Positions 1-10,406 are shown, numbered from the stretch's first letter. The stretch: 64,000 bases of DNA from Vampirovibrionaceae bacterium NZW_1234 (GCA_041697335.1 JBGUGD010000016.1:1-64000), one strand, 5' to 3'. The notes: generated from the sequence alone by a model not told the origin. Numbers and translations: made by a program.

Positions 1-934
1 CAAAGATGTTTTTACTGATCCGACTGGAGCTTCCTTTACCGGACAAAAGCTTCTCGAAGCATTGATTCCGCCAGAACCTCAAGCGTTTCATCGTTTGGAA
101 CTTGTCGATACAGTCGTAGGCATTAACGCGCAAGGCCACGAGCAGAAGCGCCCCATGAGCCCACATGATTTTGCACAAATCGGTAATCCCATTGAGACAA
201 TCTTAGAGAAACTGAATTTACCCCAAACCAAGTCCGAGTATAGCCAACAACGTGTCAACTATGTGAAAAAGGTCTTGAGCCAAGCCCATCGAACTGGCTT
301 GGTCTACATACTCTCGGATATCGATAGCCCTCGGGGCAAAACCTATTATGGCATTGCTCAAGAAGTAATCCAGCCTCTGGAAAAACGTGTAAAATTGCAA
401 GAGGCTCGTCAAGCCCTAAAGAAAGCTAAAGCCCAGGGCAATAGCAGTGCCGTGCAAGAAGCCCGTCATGCCTTTGAAAATGCGCACTTAGCTTTCAACC
501 CCTTTGCAACCCGTGCCCCAAAAGTAGCCACCGCAGGTATTAAAACAAAAGCCGTTACAGCTGAAGAGCGCTTTAGCCAATCTCTACGGGACTTCTTGGG
601 CACACCCAATGTTGAAACCGTTCACGACCCTGAACTCTTTGAGTATATTGCAACCTTGGCCCGCTCTGCTGCAACCACACCCTATAAAGTCGATGGCTTC
701 AATTATTGGGATATTCCAAAATCGATCACAGAGAACCCTGCCTATGAGACCATTATCAACTCCACATCACCTTCACCTCCTGGGCAAACCTTATTAACCT
801 TACTTGAAAGTACCTTTTTCCAATCTCCTGAAGCGCTTTTTCCACTAATTAAGGGGCTCTGCGAACAAGGTGTGAAGGCAAACTTAATTAAGGATGAAGA
901 CTATCAAACCAGCCTTCGCGACTTAAACGCGTAG
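1..934 (+). CDS. Hypothetical protein, 5' end outside the window
   Basis: Frame of ORF 62..934 is open from base 2; no recognisable motif. Confidence 0.7.
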   Translation, partial: KDVFTDPTGASFTGQKLLEALIPPEPQAFHRLELVDTVVGINAQGHEQKRPMSPHDFAQIGNPIETILEKLNLPQTKSEYSQQRVNYVKKVLSQAHRTGLVYILSDIDSPRGKTYYGIAQEVIQPLEKRVKLQEARQALKKAKAQGNSSAVQEARHAFENAHLAFNPFATRAPKVATAGIKTKAVTAEERFSQSLRDFLGTPNVETVHDPELFEYIATLARSAATTPYKVDGFNYWDIPKSITENPAYETIINSTSPSPPGQTLLTLLESTFFQSPEALFPLIKGLCEQGVKANLIKDEDYQTSLRDLNA

Positions 935-957
935 CATCTCGAGAACCCGAATCATTA

Positions 958-1491
958 CTACAAAATATGCTTTGGCCCAGGCCCAGGATTAGACTCTGGC
1001 TTGAAAGCTGGGTCCGGCTGAATTAGTTTTTGCTTTTCTTTTGGGTGTTTATGACCACCTGGCAGAGTAGCACTAATTGGATAGCCCTTTTTCACCTGAT
1101 CGTAGAAGGAAAGAGCCTGACGCGTCGTATGAAAAACCCGTCTTAAAAAGGTTCTGAAACGCTCTAGGGGGAACACCCCCACATGTGCCCAAGCCAAAAG
1201 GACCGTATGATTGTCCAAAACCTTATAGGATCGCTGTTGGTGAGGGGCAATCATATTCTTGACGAAGCTCGCAGCCAAGGGAGCATCCTTGGGAAAAACC
1301 AGGCGGGCTGATTGACCATGATCGGTAAAATAAACCACCATAGGTAGCGGATTTGCAAAGATATCTGCATAACGTTTCGAAACGTTTGCAATAACCAAAT
1401 CTTGAGTTTTCGAAACAGATTTATCCGATTCAATAGCCGCCTGAAAACGGAGGGGAGAAGCGGCAGTGAGAGGAGACAAGACTGTTCGCAT
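958..1491 (-). CDS. Hypothetical protein with N-terminal LRFQA motif
   Basis: ORF 958..1503; ATG at 1491 chosen (AGGA upstream); no family recognised. Confidence 0.65.
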   Translation of the reverse strand: MRTVLSPLTAASPLRFQAAIESDKSVSKTQDLVIANVSKRYADIFANPLPMVVYFTDHGQSARLVFPKDAPLAASFVKNMIAPHQQRSYKVLDNHTVLLAWAHVGVFPLERFRTFLRRVFHTTRQALSFYDQVKKGYPISATLPGGHKHPKEKQKLIQPDPAFKPESNPGPGPKHIL

Positions 1492-1621
1492 TGTCAAAAC
1501 CAATTCCTAACGATTGCTTGAGAAGGTAAACACCAAACATCCCCTTCAATTGTGTCAAAGGAAAAGAAATATTACAATCTCGCAACAATTAGAAATTTTT
1601 CCCAGGAAAACCGAAACGAGC

Positions 1622-1816
1622 TTACCCCACTCGCTCTTTAGCAGGGACGGATCCAGGCTTTAAAACCGACTTGGACAATATCTTATGGAAGAATTCCGAT
1701 CCAAAATCGTGCTTGGCCATTAAGGCAGCCATTACCACATCAGAGCAACTCAATACGGTCATGCGCTCTTCCATCACGGACTTCAATAAACTGCGTGTTT
1801 CCCAATCATTGAACAT
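1622..1816 (-). CDS. Small hypothetical protein (64 aa)
   Basis: ATG preceded by GAGGTTAGGG; fills the gap co-directionally with its neighbours. Confidence 0.4.
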   Translation of the reverse strand: MFNDWETRSLLKSVMEERMTVLSCSDVVMAALMAKHDFGSEFFHKILSKSVLKPGSVPAKERVG

Positions 1817-1916
1817 AAAAAATCCCTAACCTCATCAAGCGACACCGTAGGTCTTTACCTTCGTGTCTATACCATTATCGCTGAATTAGGTGGATTCGTA
1901 AATCCCTGCAATGCCT

Positions 1917-2393
1917 TTAATCGGATTCAACCGGCTTTTGCATCACCGTATAATGCCCTGATTGATAGCCCACTTTGCCATAAGCACGGATGGCCCGAGA
2001 ATTATTGGACTCAACATACAGACGCATCTCTCTCACTGCTTCTTTCTTTGCCTGCTTTCGAACTGTTTCCATTAATGTCTCCAAAAGCCCTTGGCCTCGG
2101 TAATCGGGATGGATATAGACACTTTGAAACCACCAATAATAGGCGTTGTGCCAGTCGCTCCACTCGGATGTTACCATACACATGCCCACAGGCTGCCCTA
2201 ACGCTTCTGAAAGAATAACCCAATACACACCAACATCAGGGTTCTCAAGGACAAAGCGCATTCCGTTTTCTAAGGTCGTCGGCTCCAATTGCTGACCCTC
2301 ACTTTCCTGAGCCATCATCAATTGAAATTGAATCAAGTGGGGTAAATCCGATCCTAGAGCACGGCGGATAAGAAAACCCATGTCTTCCTCCAT
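1917..2393 (-). CDS. GNAT family N-acetyltransferase
   Basis: EWSDW...WFQSVYIHPDYRGQG acetyl-CoA motif; LYVESNNSRAIRAY; AGGAGG SD. Confidence 0.9.
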   Translation of the reverse strand: MEEDMGFLIRRALGSDLPHLIQFQLMMAQESEGQQLEPTTLENGMRFVLENPDVGVYWVILSEALGQPVGMCMVTSEWSDWHNAYYWWFQSVYIHPDYRGQGLLETLMETVRKQAKKEAVREMRLYVESNNSRAIRAYGKVGYQSGHYTVMQKPVESD

Positions 2394-2447
2394 CTTAGCC
2401 TCCTGATAGGGAGCAAACAGGCCCTTGAGAACTTTTTACCCTAACAC

Positions 2448-2484
2448 AAAAACCCTTCTGCCCATAGTAAGCAGAAGGGTTTTT
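2448..2484 (-). terminator. Rho-independent terminator of dnaK
   Basis: Perfect inverted repeat AAAAACCCTTCTGC-N9-GCAGAAGGGTTTTT just downstream of the dnaK stop. Confidence 0.85.
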
Positions 2485-2512
2485 AGAAATCATCGCTGAC
2501 TAGAACAGATGG

Positions 2513-4363
2513 CTAGCGGGAACCCACGCCGGATTCTTCATCAGTCGGTGTGAATTCAGCCTCGATGACATCGTCTTCATCTTTGGCTGCCTGAGCGCTG
2601 TCATGTCCAGCACCAGACTCAGATGCAGCACCCGCTTGCTGGTAAGCTTGAGTCGACAACGCGTAGGCCGCTTGTTGCAACTGTTCCGAAACGGACTTAA
2701 TTTGGGCCATATTCTCTGCTTTGAGGGCCTCTCGCAACTCGTCCACTAAGCGGGTGATACGCTCGCGATCGGCTTGAGCGACTTTGTCACCCAATTCTGC
2801 AAGTTGACGCTCGACTTGGTAGACCAGCGCATCCGCATTGTTCTTGATCTCGGCTTCTTCCTTGCGCTGCTTGTCTTCAGACGCATGGGATTCAGCTTCT
2901 CTAACCATCCGGCTAATTTCATCATCACTGAGGTTGGTTGAAGCCTGAATGGTAATCCGCTGCTCTTTGCCCGTAGCTTGATCTTTAGCCGAGACATTTA
3001 AAATCCCGTTAGCATCAATATCAAAAGTCACCTCAATCTTAGGAATGCCGCGAGGTGCCGGCATCACGCCTTCCAGTCGGAAATTACCTAAGAGTTTATT
3101 GTCTTTTGCCATCGGACGCTCACCTTGATAGACATAAATGTCCACACTGGTCTGATTATCATCAGCGGTCGAGAAAACCTCTTTGCGTTGCACTGGAATG
3201 GTGGTATTTCGCTCAATCATCTTGGTCATCACGCCACCCAAGGTTTCAATCCCCAGGGTCAACGGCGTCACATCCAACAAGACGATATCTTTGACTTCAC
3301 CAGCCAAGACACCCGCCTGAATAGCAGCCCCAATGGCCACAACTTCATCCGGATTTACGCCTTGATGGGGTTCTTTTCCGGTCAGGGAACGAACCAGTTC
3401 CTGTATCGCAGGAATACGGGTACTTCCACCGACAAGAACGACTTCGTCAATTTGGCTTTTGTCAACTTTGGCATCCCGTAAAGCCTGTTCCACAGGGCCA
3501 CGGCAACGCTCCACCAAATCACGGGTTAATTCATTGAACAATGCTCGAGAGAGGCGAACATCCAAGTGTTTTGGCCCATTTTGGTCAGCCGTTAAAAAGG
3601 GCAGACTGATGCTGGTCTCAGTCACGGTGGACAATTCACATTTTGCCTTCTCAGCCGCTTCTTTCAAACGCTGCATGGCTTGCTTGTCACCACGAATGTC
3701 AATGCCTTCCTGCTTCTTGAATTCATCAATCAACCAATCCATGACCTTTTCATCAAAGTCGTCACCGCCCAGGCGAGTATCTCCACTGGTTGACTTTACT
3801 TCAAAGACGCCATCGCCGACTTCCAAGATGCTGACATCAAAAGTCCCGCCGCCCAGGTCAAAGACCAAAATCGTCTCATCCGCTTTTTTGTCTAAACCGT
3901 AAGCCAACGCGGCAGCAGTCGGTTCATTGATGATACGCAAGACTTCAAGCCCGGCAATACGACCCGCATCCTTGGTTGCCTGACGCTGGCTGTCGTTAAA
4001 GTACGCTGGAACCGTAATAACAGCTTTGGTGACATCTTCACCCAAAAATTTCGACGCATCGTCCTTGAGTTTGCGCAGGATTTTGGCTGAAATTTCTTGT
4101 GGGGTAAATGGCTTACCATCAATGGTCACCGTATGATCCGTACCCATATGACGCTTAATAGAAATGATCGTACGGTCCGGATTTAATACAGCCTGACGTT
4201 TGGCCAATTGACCAACTAAAGTTTCACCGGTTTTGGAAAACGCAACAATAGAGGGGGTGGTTCGGCTTCCTTCACTGCTGGCAATAACCGTGGGTTGACC
4301 ACCTTCCATGACAGCGACCACAGAGTTTGTCGTTCCTAAGTCAATTCCAACGACTTTAGCCAT
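2513..4363 (-). CDS. dnaK: Chaperone DnaK (Hsp70)
   Basis: [25 protein letters not shown] and [10 protein letters not shown] signatures. Confidence 0.99.
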   Translation of the reverse strand: MAKVVGIDLGTTNSVVAVMEGGQPTVIASSEGSRTTPSIVAFSKTGETLVGQLAKRQAVLNPDRTIISIKRHMGTDHTVTIDGKPFTPQEISAKILRKLKDDASKFLGEDVTKAVITVPAYFNDSQRQATKDAGRIAGLEVLRIINEPTAAALAYGLDKKADETILVFDLGGGTFDVSILEVGDGVFEVKSTSGDTRLGGDDFDEKVMDWLIDEFKKQEGIDIRGDKQAMQRLKEAAEKAKCELSTVTETSISLPFLTADQNGPKHLDVRLSRALFNELTRDLVERCRGPVEQALRDAKVDKSQIDEVVLVGGSTRIPAIQELVRSLTGKEPHQGVNPDEVVAIGAAIQAGVLAGEVKDIVLLDVTPLTLGIETLGGVMTKMIERNTTIPVQRKEVFSTADDNQTSVDIYVYQGERPMAKDNKLLGNFRLEGVMPAPRGIPKIEVTFDIDANGILNVSAKDQATGKEQRITIQASTNLSDDEISRMVREAESHASEDKQRKEEAEIKNNADALVYQVERQLAELGDKVAQADRERITRLVDELREALKAENMAQIKSVSEQLQQAAYALSTQAYQQAGAASESGAGHDSAQAAKDEDDVIEAEFTPTDEESGVGSR

Positions 4364-4682
4364 AATTCCAATCCTTCATCTCGTTATTCGCATGACACAC
4401 TATACACTTTAACCAAAAAACACTGGCGATCGGCATTTCTTCATAAACAATTAAGGTTTTTTTAAGACTTCTGGGGGAGCCTTCGAAGCTGGGCAAGATC
4501 TTCTTAAAACACCGATTTTCAGTCTTTCCTCCCGTAATTTTCCGAGCCACCAATTTTCCCACCCTCTTTTTAAGGTTTTCAAGCCCTTACCGATACACAC
4601 CGTAATTGGGAATACCTATTGCACGATTTCAAATTCTCCCTATTACCGAGCGAATGATACCGATGAAGGAAAGGACGAGCCC

Positions 4683-4955
4683 ATGTCGCCTCCCAAACAG
4701 GCTTATACCAAATACGCCGACACCATCAATGGCAAACGCTACATCTTTGAAATTACACAAAAGCGTAAGCGCTATCTTTGCAAATGCTTAGACATGCCTC
4801 ATATTTCGGGTGAAGGCGCCACAGCCCAACATGCCATTAATGCATGTATTAACCAGGTCCGCAATGCTTTAGGACTCAATCAAGTACGAGTAATCAAGAA
4901 AGTCAGCCGCACTTGGATTCGAGAAAAGAAGAAAGCCTGGTGGCATTTTTGGTGA
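4683..4955 (+). CDS. HicB-like N-terminal-domain small protein with KKKAWWHFW tail
   Basis: YLCKCLDMPHISGEGATAQHAI resembles the HicB pattern; AAGGA SD. Confidence 0.55.
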   Translation: MSPPKQAYTKYADTINGKRYIFEITQKRKRYLCKCLDMPHISGEGATAQHAINACINQVRNALGLNQVRVIKKVSRTWIREKKKAWWHFW

Positions 4956-5095
4956 TTTCTCCCTAAGAGACTGTCCATCCGGGCAATGGTTGACTGTAAC
5001 AGTTGTCTTTCATACTGCTCATGAAGACCCACTGAACAACTTTGTTTTCTGATTTTAAGGACATTTGAGCAATAGTACAGAAGGGGGGACCATTC

Positions 5096-5245
5096 ATGTT
5101 GTGGACAATCGCACTGATTTTAGCCGTACTCTGGCTCTTGGGTATCGTCACCAACCACACATTTGGGGGCTTTATCTATATTCTATTGGTTCTCGCCATT
5201 GTGTCCGTGTTGATTAACGTAATTTCAGGAGCACGCCACACGTGA
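5096..5245 (+). CDS. lmo0937/DUF5670-family small membrane protein (49 aa; below the ORF-track cutoff)
   Basis: Manual translation MLWTIALILAVLWLLGIVTNHTFGGFIYILLVLAIVSVLINVISGARHT*; AAGGGGGGA SD. Confidence 0.85.
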   Translation: MLWTIALILAVLWLLGIVTNHTFGGFIYILLVLAIVSVLINVISGARHT

Positions 5246-5392
5246 TATTGAAAGCGAGACTTGGAATCTGAGACGAAAACTCGCTTAATGTCATTCAGGA
5301 TGAATTGAAGGCTTGACGTTAGAGGCTGGGAAAAACTACCTTGCGATGTTATTCTAAACTCATGGGACCGTGGCCAAAAAGGAACCTCTGCC

Positions 5393-5908
5393 ATGATGCT
5401 TGGATTGAAACGTAAACCGCCCAGGCCCTCTGCTGTCGAGATTCATCATCCAAATTTTCAATTGGCTCGCCGGTTGGCGTGGCTGATGGACAGTGCGTTT
5501 ACAGTGCCGGGAATTCGCTTCAAAATTGGCCTGGACCCTTTATTGGGGCTAATTCCAGTGATTGGCGATATTGTACCCGCACTGATATCACTCTATATTG
5601 TGGAACTTTCTCGACAAACCCGTCTACCCAAGGATAAACTCACCCTAATGTATATTAATGTGGGCATTGATACACTGATCAGCTTGATCCCGGTCCTGGG
5701 TGATTTGAGTGATACAGTTTGGAAAGCAAACTTTCGAAATCTTCGTATTCTCGAGCAACATCTCCAGGCCAACCCACATCTTCAGATCCGAGAAGAAGAC
5801 CTCCTGGAACCGGACGGAGATCTTACATTCACATCGTCAGACCCAAGCAAACCGTCCAATCAAGTTATTGACGTGGTTGTATCGCCTCACCCAGGAGATA
5901 AATCTTAA
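5393..5908 (+). CDS. DUF4112 domain membrane protein
   Basis: LAWLMDSAFTVPG..IGLDPLLGLIPVIGD and IPVLGDLSD..WKAN motifs. Confidence 0.9.
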   Translation: MMLGLKRKPPRPSAVEIHHPNFQLARRLAWLMDSAFTVPGIRFKIGLDPLLGLIPVIGDIVPALISLYIVELSRQTRLPKDKLTLMYINVGIDTLISLIPVLGDLSDTVWKANFRNLRILEQHLQANPHLQIREEDLLEPDGDLTFTSSDPSKPSNQVIDVVVSPHPGDKS

Positions 5909-7340
5909 GGGTATTGGTAATGCCATTTAAATGGGTTTGACCCGCACACAAGACCACCGGATCGTTCAGACTCAACAAGCCACAGTCTAAAATTGCTTGT
6001 TCTGCGGCTCGAAGAGTTTCCTCGGTATTTTCAGTGGCATTGAATTTTAACGGATACACGCCCCAAAGCAAACTCAACTGGCGACAAACGGACTCATGGG
6101 GTGTTAAAGCGATAATAGGCAACTGGGGCTTCAACTTTGATAAGCGACGTGCCATTTTTCCGGAAAAAGATAACACAACAATAGCCTTAGTCTTTGCCTT
6201 ACGAGCGGCATAACAAGCCGCATGGGCAATGGCCTGATGGAACTTGAGATTTTTTTCACTTGTAGCATCCATCACCATCATGTCCATCACGGAACGAGTA
6301 TGCCACTGGCGAAAATGGGACTCAGCCTCCTCAATAATGCGTGACATGATTTGGACAGCCTCAACCGGATACTTTCCAACGGCCGTTTCACCTGAAAGCA
6401 TTAAAGCATCACTACCATCAAAAACCGCATTAGCAGTGTCCGAAACTTCGGCCCTTGTCGGAGTTCCTGAATTTATCATAGATTCCAGGATCTGAGTAGC
6501 CGTGATAACAGGTTTTTCAGCCTCATTCGCTTTATTAATCAAGATCTTTTGAGTAACCGGAACTTTTTCCGGTCTCAATTCAACACCTAAGTCCCCGCGG
6601 GCCACCATAATGGCATCAGCCGTTTCAATAATGGCATCAATTTCATCCAGAGCCTGGGGTTTTTCAATTTTGGCGACAATCTGGGGGGGGCGCTGCCCCG
6701 GGCGAATGTGGGTATCAATAAACTTTCTTAAATACAAGATATCTTGATAGCTACGCACAAAGGACAGTGCCACAAAATCCAACTCCTGCTCCAGAGCAAA
6801 GCGGGCATCAATCTCATCTTTTTCGGTCATGGCAGACAAATTGGTCATCTTTAAGCCCGGCACATTAATGCCTTTCTTTTCGCCCAAGAGCCCACCACGA
6901 GTGACACGACATACCAACTCATGGTGAGAAACCTTTTCCACTACCTCAAGCGCCATCAAACCATCGGCCAAAAGAACTTCGTTACCGACATTAAGTTCTT
7001 CCACAATTTGAGGAATGCTGGTGGTTATTGTGGCTGCATTTCCTGGGGCCTCAGAAGCCACAAATCGGATGGTTTTCCCAAACTCAAGTGTAATCGGTTC
7101 ATGATTTTCAAAAGTACCGACTCTGAATTTCGGCCCTTGCAAATCTCCCAAAATTGCCACTGGCAGGCGAAGCTCCTGACTTATCTGGCGAACACGCTGA
7201 ATGATATTGACTAAAACATCGTGCTGGCCATGAGAAAAATTCAATCGAATAATATTCACACCCGAAACCAGGAGGTTTCGAATTAAATCAGGGTCCTGGG
7301 AGGCTGGGCCCAGGGTAGCAATAATTTTAGCAAGGCGCAT
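5865..7340 (-). CDS. pyk: Pyruvate kinase
   Basis: KIIATLGPAS, RLNFSHG, DLQGPK, MVARGDLGVE, MLSGETA. Confidence 0.99.
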   Translation of the reverse strand: MRLAKIIATLGPASQDPDLIRNLLVSGVNIIRLNFSHGQHDVLVNIIQRVRQISQELRLPVAILGDLQGPKFRVGTFENHEPITLEFGKTIRFVASEAPGNAATITTSIPQIVEELNVGNEVLLADGLMALEVVEKVSHHELVCRVTRGGLLGEKKGINVPGLKMTNLSAMTEKDEIDARFALEQELDFVALSFVRSYQDILYLRKFIDTHIRPGQRPPQIVAKIEKPQALDEIDAIIETADAIMVARGDLGVELRPEKVPVTQKILINKANEAEKPVITATQILESMINSGTPTRAEVSDTANAVFDGSDALMLSGETAVGKYPVEAVQIMSRIIEEAESHFRQWHTRSVMDMMVMDATSEKNLKFHQAIAHAACYAARKAKTKAIVVLSFSGKMARRLSKLKPQLPIIALTPHESVCRQLSLLWGVYPLKFNATENTEETLRAAEQAILDCGLLSLNDPVVLCAGQTHLNGITNTLKIYLLGEAIQPRQ

Positions 7341-7844
7341 AAGAGGGGATCGCTTCTTCTATTCGTCTATCTGCTGACATCGTTTAATGTTGTTTATGCT
7401 ACACCGATCCGAGCCAAAATGCGAACGGCTTTTTCACCAACCAAGCAATTCTTTTTAGTCCCAATCTTATCCAGCCTATGATATCTAGGCACTCATGCTA
7501 TCCAAAGTCTGTCATTTTCAAAAATCCAAAAGATAGATAATAGACCCCAATGTCCCATACACCTACATTCACGACTCTCCCCAACATCTTTTAGAAAAAA
7601 TAGTCCTTTAGAGGGGTTCTCATATTTCATACTCTCCGAAAAAACCAATCTCTACTCGTATTTTACCAAGGTGATTGCAAATCATTCCCCGCCCACAGGA
7701 AAAACCGAAGATTTATCGAATTTAAAATAAACGTTTTGGGGTATGCTGTTTTCTCGGAATCCATCTTTCGAAGATATACCAAGCGCTTAAAGATGAGATT
7801 GGCATCATAAGTCTGATTGCTGTTGTTCTGCGGGAGCTGGAATA

Positions 7845-8795
7845 TTGAAGCCCGATAGTTTTAACCAAACCGCCTACCGCATTCTCTCTCTCTTACTCTG
7901 GCTTTCGAAGGAGCCCCTGAGCTTTGATGAGATTAATCAGCGTTTTAAAGAGCGAAATACCATCGGGAAGACAGTCTCGCAAGACACCTTATGGTTATAT
8001 CTGAACACCTTAAAAGCTTTGGGGTGTAAAGTCAGCCGTCCAACCAAACGTAACGGCTTTCGCTATCAGCTAACCTACCATCCCTTCAATTACTTTCTGA
8101 CCTCGGATGACTTGGAGGTTATGAAAAATACAGCCCTGCTGACAAACCATCACCACGATCACTGGGATCTGATCTACTTTGTCAAATGGGTACAACGGGT
8201 TTTAGCCAGCCTGGCCAATGAAAATAGAGATACGCTCCTTCAGAAGTTCTTTGAAGAAAGCCGCTTTGTCCAAACTGACGGCTTAGAAGAAAGCATCGAT
8301 CGTCTGGAACACTTTGCTAAGCATCATCAATTACTTACCATTGAATATCAATCTGCGATCAATGGTATTAAAACGTTCGCATTTCTGCCTCTCAAGGTTT
8401 TTTTCGATCAAGGCAGCCTATATTTGTTAGGCCAGGCCGAAGATCAAGGGCAGACCTCGATGCTGCGCATCGATAGAATTAAGAACTTCAGCCCATTAAA
8501 CAATCCAGAGCTTCAACAGCGCTTAAACGAGCAACTTCAGGAACGTCAGTTGTTCATTATTCGCCTATTTAATTGCACTGCTAAAACCTATGAACCGCTT
8601 GGTGAAGGTGAAATTCTTTATCCAGACCCTACCTCTCCCAACAACATTGTTGTTCGTTTACGCTCCCAAAATGATTTCCTTCTCAAACAAAGGCTTTTGA
8701 GCTACGGCACACCTTTTCAGATTCTTTATCCCGGATCTTTTGACTATGAAATGCACCAGACACTCAGGCAAATGCGGGAACTTTACACAGCATGA
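7845..8795 (+). CDS. HTH-WYL-WCX transcriptional regulator (PafB/PafC-like)
   Basis: N-terminal wHTH-like region; WYL-like LYLLG...LRIDRI; C-terminal LLSYG..FQILYP. Confidence 0.8.
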   Translation: MKPDSFNQTAYRILSLLLWLSKEPLSFDEINQRFKERNTIGKTVSQDTLWLYLNTLKALGCKVSRPTKRNGFRYQLTYHPFNYFLTSDDLEVMKNTALLTNHHHDHWDLIYFVKWVQRVLASLANENRDTLLQKFFEESRFVQTDGLEESIDRLEHFAKHHQLLTIEYQSAINGIKTFAFLPLKVFFDQGSLYLLGQAEDQGQTSMLRIDRIKNFSPLNNPELQQRLNEQLQERQLFIIRLFNCTAKTYEPLGEGEILYPDPTSPNNIVVRLRSQNDFLLKQRLLSYGTPFQILYPGSFDYEMHQTLRQMRELYTA

Positions 8796-9862
8796 GTGAT
8801 GGAAAAAACCGATTAGAATTTACATCTATGGATGAAATGACCATTAACATCTCAGCGTTTCGATTGTTATACATCTATAAGCTGTTAAGCCAAGCGGTTG
8901 AATTATCCATTCAGGACCTCAATACCCATCTCATTAATCACCCTCTTATAGACAGAGCAGTAACTTCGGAAACCTTGAACAAGTACATCCATACATTACG
9001 CTTGTTCGGGTGTAAAATTGAACGCTTGGAAAACCAAAACCAGGTTTTCTTTCGTCTAAGCGATCACCCGCTCAAACCAGAGTTATCGCTTCTGGAAATG
9101 AACGCCCTGAAAAACATCGCCGAAATTTTGCAGCAACAACCTTTAAGCATTTATGCCAACCAATTTTCCAAGCTGGTACCTCGTTTGGCCGTGCTCCCCG
9201 ATGCACCTGACTCATGGCTCTTAAACGCGTTCGAAGTCACTCTGCAATCCGGCCTCTCTCAGGAAGACTATCAGGTCGTCAAGCAGTTTCAAAAATACTG
9301 TTTTGAGGGTCAAGTCTTGGAAATTCGACATCTGAATCACGACCACACCATGGAAGTGAAACGCATTGAACCGCGCCAGGTCATTTATGAGAAAAAATCT
9401 CTGTACCTCTCAGGCAAAGACCCTTTGACACATAAAAAAGTCCGATATGCCCTTACCCAAATTTTATCTCACCGCCAACTCCCCCACCGTGTACAGTCTC
9501 AACCGGTAAAAGTCAGCGTGACATTTAAACTGACTGGTCGCTTGGCAGCCTCCTACCGCCCATATCCAGGTGAATCCATCGTATCCAATGAAGAAGGTCT
9601 CACCATCACTCATGTCACCGATGAGGTTGACGTCTTAATTCGTCGATTGTTGAAATATGGCCCATCATGCCAAATTCTATCACCTGAATCCGCGCGTAAA
9701 GAGATGCTCAACCAAATTGAGCATCTCTTAGAAAAAATGAGGGAAGACCTGGATATTTTGACTGAGGTATTTCTTAGTAAAGAACAAACAGACGGGAGCC
9801 GGCATAAATGGGCTTATTATTACGATAGCCCACAAACAATGGATGACGTAGCGGCCGATTGA
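8792..9862 (+). CDS. Second HTH-WYL-WCX regulator
   Basis: ATGA overlap with upstream gene; RIEPRQVIY..LYLSG; WCX-like LLKYGPSCQILSPESAR. Confidence 0.8.
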   Translation: MSDGKNRLEFTSMDEMTINISAFRLLYIYKLLSQAVELSIQDLNTHLINHPLIDRAVTSETLNKYIHTLRLFGCKIERLENQNQVFFRLSDHPLKPELSLLEMNALKNIAEILQQQPLSIYANQFSKLVPRLAVLPDAPDSWLLNAFEVTLQSGLSQEDYQVVKQFQKYCFEGQVLEIRHLNHDHTMEVKRIEPRQVIYEKKSLYLSGKDPLTHKKVRYALTQILSHRQLPHRVQSQPVKVSVTFKLTGRLAASYRPYPGESIVSNEEGLTITHVTDEVDVLIRRLLKYGPSCQILSPESARKEMLNQIEHLLEKMREDLDILTEVFLSKEQTDGSRHKWAYYYDSPQTMDDVAAD

Positions 9863-9998
9863 CCCCATAGTCTTGTGCCATTTCTTCCGGCGACTGATTG
9901 GCCCTTAGAAACGGATTCTTTGCCGGCCGCTTGTCCATGGTTTCAACAATGGGTTGGGGTTTTCCGGCTAAAATTTGCTGCAAAATCAACTTTGACAT
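9774..9998 (-). CDS. Small hypothetical protein (74 aa)
   Basis: ATG at 9998 with GGGAGAG SD; overlaps the 3' end of the second WYL gene convergently. Confidence 0.55.
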   Translation of the reverse strand: MSKLILQQILAGKPQPIVETMDKRPAKNPFLRANQSPEEMAQDYGVNRPLRHPLFVGYRNNKPIYAGSRLFVLY

Positions 9999-10379
9999 GG
10001 CTGTCTCTCCCGCTCTTCTCCAACTCAACCCCGTGTTAATGGGGATTACTCACAGTGTATTTTGATCCATGCAAATTGCAACCACATCCCCTAGGTACTG
10101 GATTCACCCTGAAACGCTGATGAACCTCCTGGAAATCATTTTACGGACTCAGCTAATCCCAAATAGCGTCCTGATACCTGAAACGAATTACAACGACTTC
10201 AAGCCAAACTTTTTATACCCTCATACCCATGCTTGCTTTCAGGATACAAATGACAATATCTCATTTATCTTATCTGTCTTACATATCATTGAGGTACAGA
10301 AGGGCATTGAGTTACCGATGACCCCATCACACCGGTGACCTCCATTGTTAAGATATTTGTATTTTATATTTTATCAATT

Positions 10380-10406
10380 TAAAGTTTATATACCAAAAGT
10401 CGATAT
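10380..10406 (+). promoter_or_regulatory. Sigma28 (FliA/SigD)-type promoter
   Basis: TAAAGTTT-N11-GTCGATAT versus consensus TAAAGTTT-N11-GCCGATAA, about 70 bp before the ATG at 10475. Confidence 0.75.

Noticed and set aside
4364..4682. CIRCE element upstream of dnaK
   Set aside because: No TTAGCACTC-N9-GAGTGCTAA match seen.
4963..5394. Two in-frame minus-strand ORFs separated by one TAG (possible pseudogene or read-through)
   Set aside because: The plus strand encodes a clear lmo0937-family protein (5096-5245); the minus ORFs have no recognisable motif.
5865..5908. 44-bp convergent overlap of pyk and the DUF4112 gene
   Set aside because: Both tails are short non-conserved-looking extensions; such overlaps are common in compact genomes.
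7845..9862. WYL genes as markers of a CRISPR or defence island
   Set aside because: No cas, nuclease, methylase or array is recognisable nearby.
10069..10338. 89-aa plus-strand ORF
   Set aside because: No SD or motif; lies in a divergent promoter region.
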